A stretch of DNA of 11,327 nucleotides from Azolla caroliniana. Its lineage: Eukaryota; Plantae; Polypodiophyta. A model generated the notes under the pieces. It was not told the DNA's origin, ran no database searches, and saw only the letters and a program-made list of their open reading frames with translations. Of this stretch, positions 8,823 to 11,327 are shown piece after piece. The position numbers and the translations under genes were made by a program. The first letter of the stretch is position 1; the number at the start of each line of letters is the position of its first letter. The stretch is from assembly GCA_043228905.1 (NCBI GenBank), contig JBHGNT010001165.1, forward strand, positions 1 to 11,327, in the 5' to 3' direction.

Positions 8823-9903
8823 CACATATGTTAAATAGCCTCAGGTTGTGTTTGCCTAATGCTATACGCCATATGTCTCTGTATGGATCGGACTGTACCT
8901 TTATCTATCATCCTGTCATGAAGCCTTTCCTTTAGAGAATCCCTCAGGTCTACTCGAACTTTTCCCGATTATTCTTATGGCGGATGGCCCTTGACCGGAG
9001 CTTCAGCTCTAGTGATTTTATACGAATCGCTTTAGAAGAGCTAACTTGTACCAAGCACTGTCCCACTGTAGACAGTCTTGAATCAATAAGGGCGCGCAAG
9101 AAAGAAAAGAAAAGAAGCGGCTTCAGCATGAAGGGCGGGCGGCTGAGTAAGAATATGTGGCCTTCGTCCCATAGCCCCTGATAAAGGCCAATTCGGCCAA
9201 CCGCTTCTTCTTCTTCGGTTCGGGAAGCGCCTTGTTTTCTGCCCTTCCTGTATGAGGTCTCTCTGCCTCTATAAAGCCGGTAAGCCGATCAAGGTCAGCG
9301 GCCATACCTCCGAGATTGACACAAGTCTCTAGAAGAGTAGCACCCCTTGAATCTTTACGGATGTAGCACTTGTGCCCTATTGAGAGCTGCTGCTTTGGAT
9401 CTTTTAATACCTGATGGGCTGGCTTTACGAACTCCCTCGCAATAGAAATGCTTACTAATCAAGTATGGATATTGACCAAATATAAGAAAAAGCTAGCATC
9501 TTTCGATCTGATACACTCCCATGATCTTATGCGCCGCATTGACAGACCTTACATTAAGCATCTTCCTGACGTAGTAAAGGATCTGTAGATTGTATTTGCC
9601 TTGGGCAAGCAATAGGGAGACTCAGGTTGTACTCGCGTCTTAGAGCACGATGCTGCCTGCTGAAGCAGCTCACACCCACAAGCTATCCGCAGAGTGATAG
9701 ATATTCCGCATTGAGTCTCTGATGGGAGGGAAGATTCGCCCTCCCAGGCAGGTTGTCCCCTTGTGGGAAAGGTTTTTGCATATAGCAGTTTGGATTTTGT
9801 TGAAGGCCTGCGGCCCGGCTTAGCCTTTTTTTCTGTAGCGAGGACGTTCCTGCATCGAGCGGAATTACTGTTCCCTATGTCTCCACAGGGCACGGCCTTT
9901 TTA
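8823..9903 (-). other. Group I intron cox1i395g1 (1081 nt)
   Basis: Interrupts TGG ACG GT|C TAT CCC (WTVYPP) exactly 395 nt from the canonical start position 10298. The exon ends in U and the intron ends in G. R-like TCAGAGACTC (~9723-9714) and S-like AAGGTACAGTCC (~8901-8890) are present. Confidence 0.9.
9000..9560 (-). pseudogene. Decayed LAGLIDADG homing endonuclease remnant in the intron
   Basis: DRLTGFIEAE (~9290-9260) resembles a LAGLIDADG motif, and IFGQYPYLISKHFY (~9485-9445) resembles the FDKYPLLTSK domain end. The frame is broken; boundaries are approximate. Confidence 0.6.
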
Positions 9904-10580
9904 ACCGTCCACCCAGTGCCACTACCCACCTCTACTGAGGCTAAACTTGATGAAAGCAACAGCAAAGATGACGACAACCGAAATAGAATATTATTTAATC
10001 ATAGAAATGCCGTGTCAGGTGCACCTGTAAGAATCAGAACGAACCGGTTACCGAATCCACCTGTCATCGCCAGCGTAACCGGAAGGGATGTCGTTAAAGA
10101 AGCGTAAGCGATTATTAACACATTATAAGGTTAATGATTTCCACCAGGAATTTAATGGCCGGGTTATGCTGATTCCATACAGATTAGTACTAAGAGGCGT
10201 GTGCCCATTACTCCAGCCGTGACACCAAAGATTGAGTGTAGAGTACCTATATCTTTGTAGTTCGTAGAAAATAGCCATCTTTACACGAAACGGTTTGTAC
10301 ATGAAAGAGTCTTGGCTACTATAATCAATGTAAGGGAGATGAATCCTATTGCAAATACAATCGGAATGAAGAAATCCTAAAATCCAATAATCAGTTCCAC
10401 AACCGAAGAGACTTCTAGATCTTTCAGGATTTCTAGGCCACCCGAAAGATCGGGTAGTGTATTCTACGACAGATTGAGGAGCACCTGCGGGAACAACTCT
10501 TCGTTGTTATTTTAAAGAGTTGCGATGTCCTCGTGCAATTCGGTCTATAATCTTTCTAAGCTGTTTATGACTATGGGCAT
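9904..10580 (-). CDS. cox1: Cytochrome c oxidase subunit 1, exon 1 (conserved part 10298-9904; putative extension 10580-10299)
   Basis: [19 protein letters not shown]...[24 protein letters not shown]...[11 protein letters not shown]. The canonical Met position holds ACA, and the nearest in-frame ATG is at 10580. The conserved part is certain; the start is inferred. Confidence 0.88.
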
Positions 10581-10600
10581 GTCTTATCCAATCTGTTTCT

Positions 10601-10653
10601 TTTCCTCGGTGCTTTATACCTAGGGCAGTCTCCTGCATTCATGGCAGTTCCTA
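10601..10653 (-). promoter_or_regulatory. 53-bp leader element shared with atp1 upstream region
   Basis: Minus strand TAGGAACTGCCATGAATGCAGGAGACTGCCCTAGGTATAAAGCACCGAGGAAA, ending 20 nt before ATG 10580. Confidence 0.8.
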
Positions 10654-11327
10654 TGGTTGCAAAAACAACAAGGAGTCGGTTCCCGTATATACCCGGCTTT
10701 TCTTGTATGCTTTCGGCAAGCAAAAAAAACGCTAGCGGGCCTACCACGCTTCGCGCCTGCGTCTTTGCCAGACAGTATTTGCCAGTAGTGCCATCCCACC
10801 CGACCTGAGGATTTAGTTTGTCCCTTGCTAAAATATCTTTGAAGAACTTGTACTGATTTTCCAGGTCGGTCCTCGCGAGCGGATATGGGCCCTAGAGGAT
10901 GGTGTAGAAACTCTCTGCCCGTAAGTCGTGCCTGAAAGCGGTTCATCCGGGTGAAGCCGGCGGCGAGGAATTGACTGGTGCTGCGTTCACTGCTTGCTCG
11001 AAGGCCCGTATCCGCGCAGGCAGTAAGCAACAGATTGGTTCGTAACAAAAACAGCTTAGAAAAGAAAAAGAATAAAGTTATTTCCTATTAAACTAGTGAT
11101 TGTAAAGAAAAAAATCCTTCACAACGCCAAGGTATTTTAGCAAGACACTACATAAGACTTTCGCCCTGGATGATATATGGGTTCTCATGAGAAAGAATGG
11201 TCGGTTTCCTTTTAATGAAGTAAAATCCACACCTTGACGCCCGGAATCCCGTAACGAGTGAATGTTTATTAGGAACCGAACTGATGGGCTTTCCCTAAAG
11301 TAACACCAAAAGTCTACCTCCTTTCGT

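Noticed and set aside
8553-10107. ORFs 8553-8756 and 9763-10107 (+), and 3815-4345 (-)
   Set aside because: They are antisense shadows of cox1 and atp1.
2093-10298. Interpreting all genes as pseudogenes or a NUMT because of internal stops
   Set aside because: There are no frameshifts and deviations are overwhelmingly C/T on the coding strand, the signature of RNA editing. It is not fully excluded without cDNA.
10580-10642. Shared MNAGDCP.YK.PRK peptide as a common N-terminus of Atp1 and Cox1
   Set aside because: ATG 10642 is 62 nt from ATG 10580, so it is out of frame with cox1 and ends at a TAG after 23 codons.
10620-11048. 142-aa ORF with DTGLRASSE resembling tyrosine-recombinase box I
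   Set aside because: No H-x-x-R or catalytic Tyr motif follows, the start is TTG, and the ORF overlaps the leader element.
10553-11062. 14-bp inverted repeat TTTCTAAGCTGTTT/AAACAGCTTAGAAA flanking ~480 bp
   Set aside because: One AT-rich 14-mer match is plausible by chance in 11 kb; no target-site duplication or transposase is seen.

Overview
This window is land-plant mitochondrial DNA, most likely from a fern (monilophyte). The evidence is the intron positions cox1i395g1 and atp1i361g2 and an extreme apparent need for both C-to-U and U-to-C RNA editing. The ORF track misses most real genes because their frames carry TAA/TAG/TGA codons at Gln/Arg positions and ACG/GCG starts. Recognisable content: trnG(GCC); an rpl6-rps13-rps11 cluster; atp1 exon 1 with only the 5' part of a group II intron; trnR(UCU); nad4L; a degenerate rrnS 5' fragment; a complete cox1 (minus strand) with a group I intron carrying a decayed LAGLIDADG endonuclease; and several microsatellites. 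Four observations stand out. (1) A motif AACWGCCATGAWT lies 57-73 nt upstream of the inferred start of all four protein-coding units, and is part of a 53-bp leader shared by atp1 and cox1. (2) cox1 lacks its canonical start codon and may have a 94-aa N-terminal extension. (3) The atp1 intron may be trans-spliced. (4) rpl6 and rps13 are in one genomic frame and separated only by predicted editing. All editing statements are predictions from my recollection of conserved plant mitochondrial proteins, not from transcript data or database searches.
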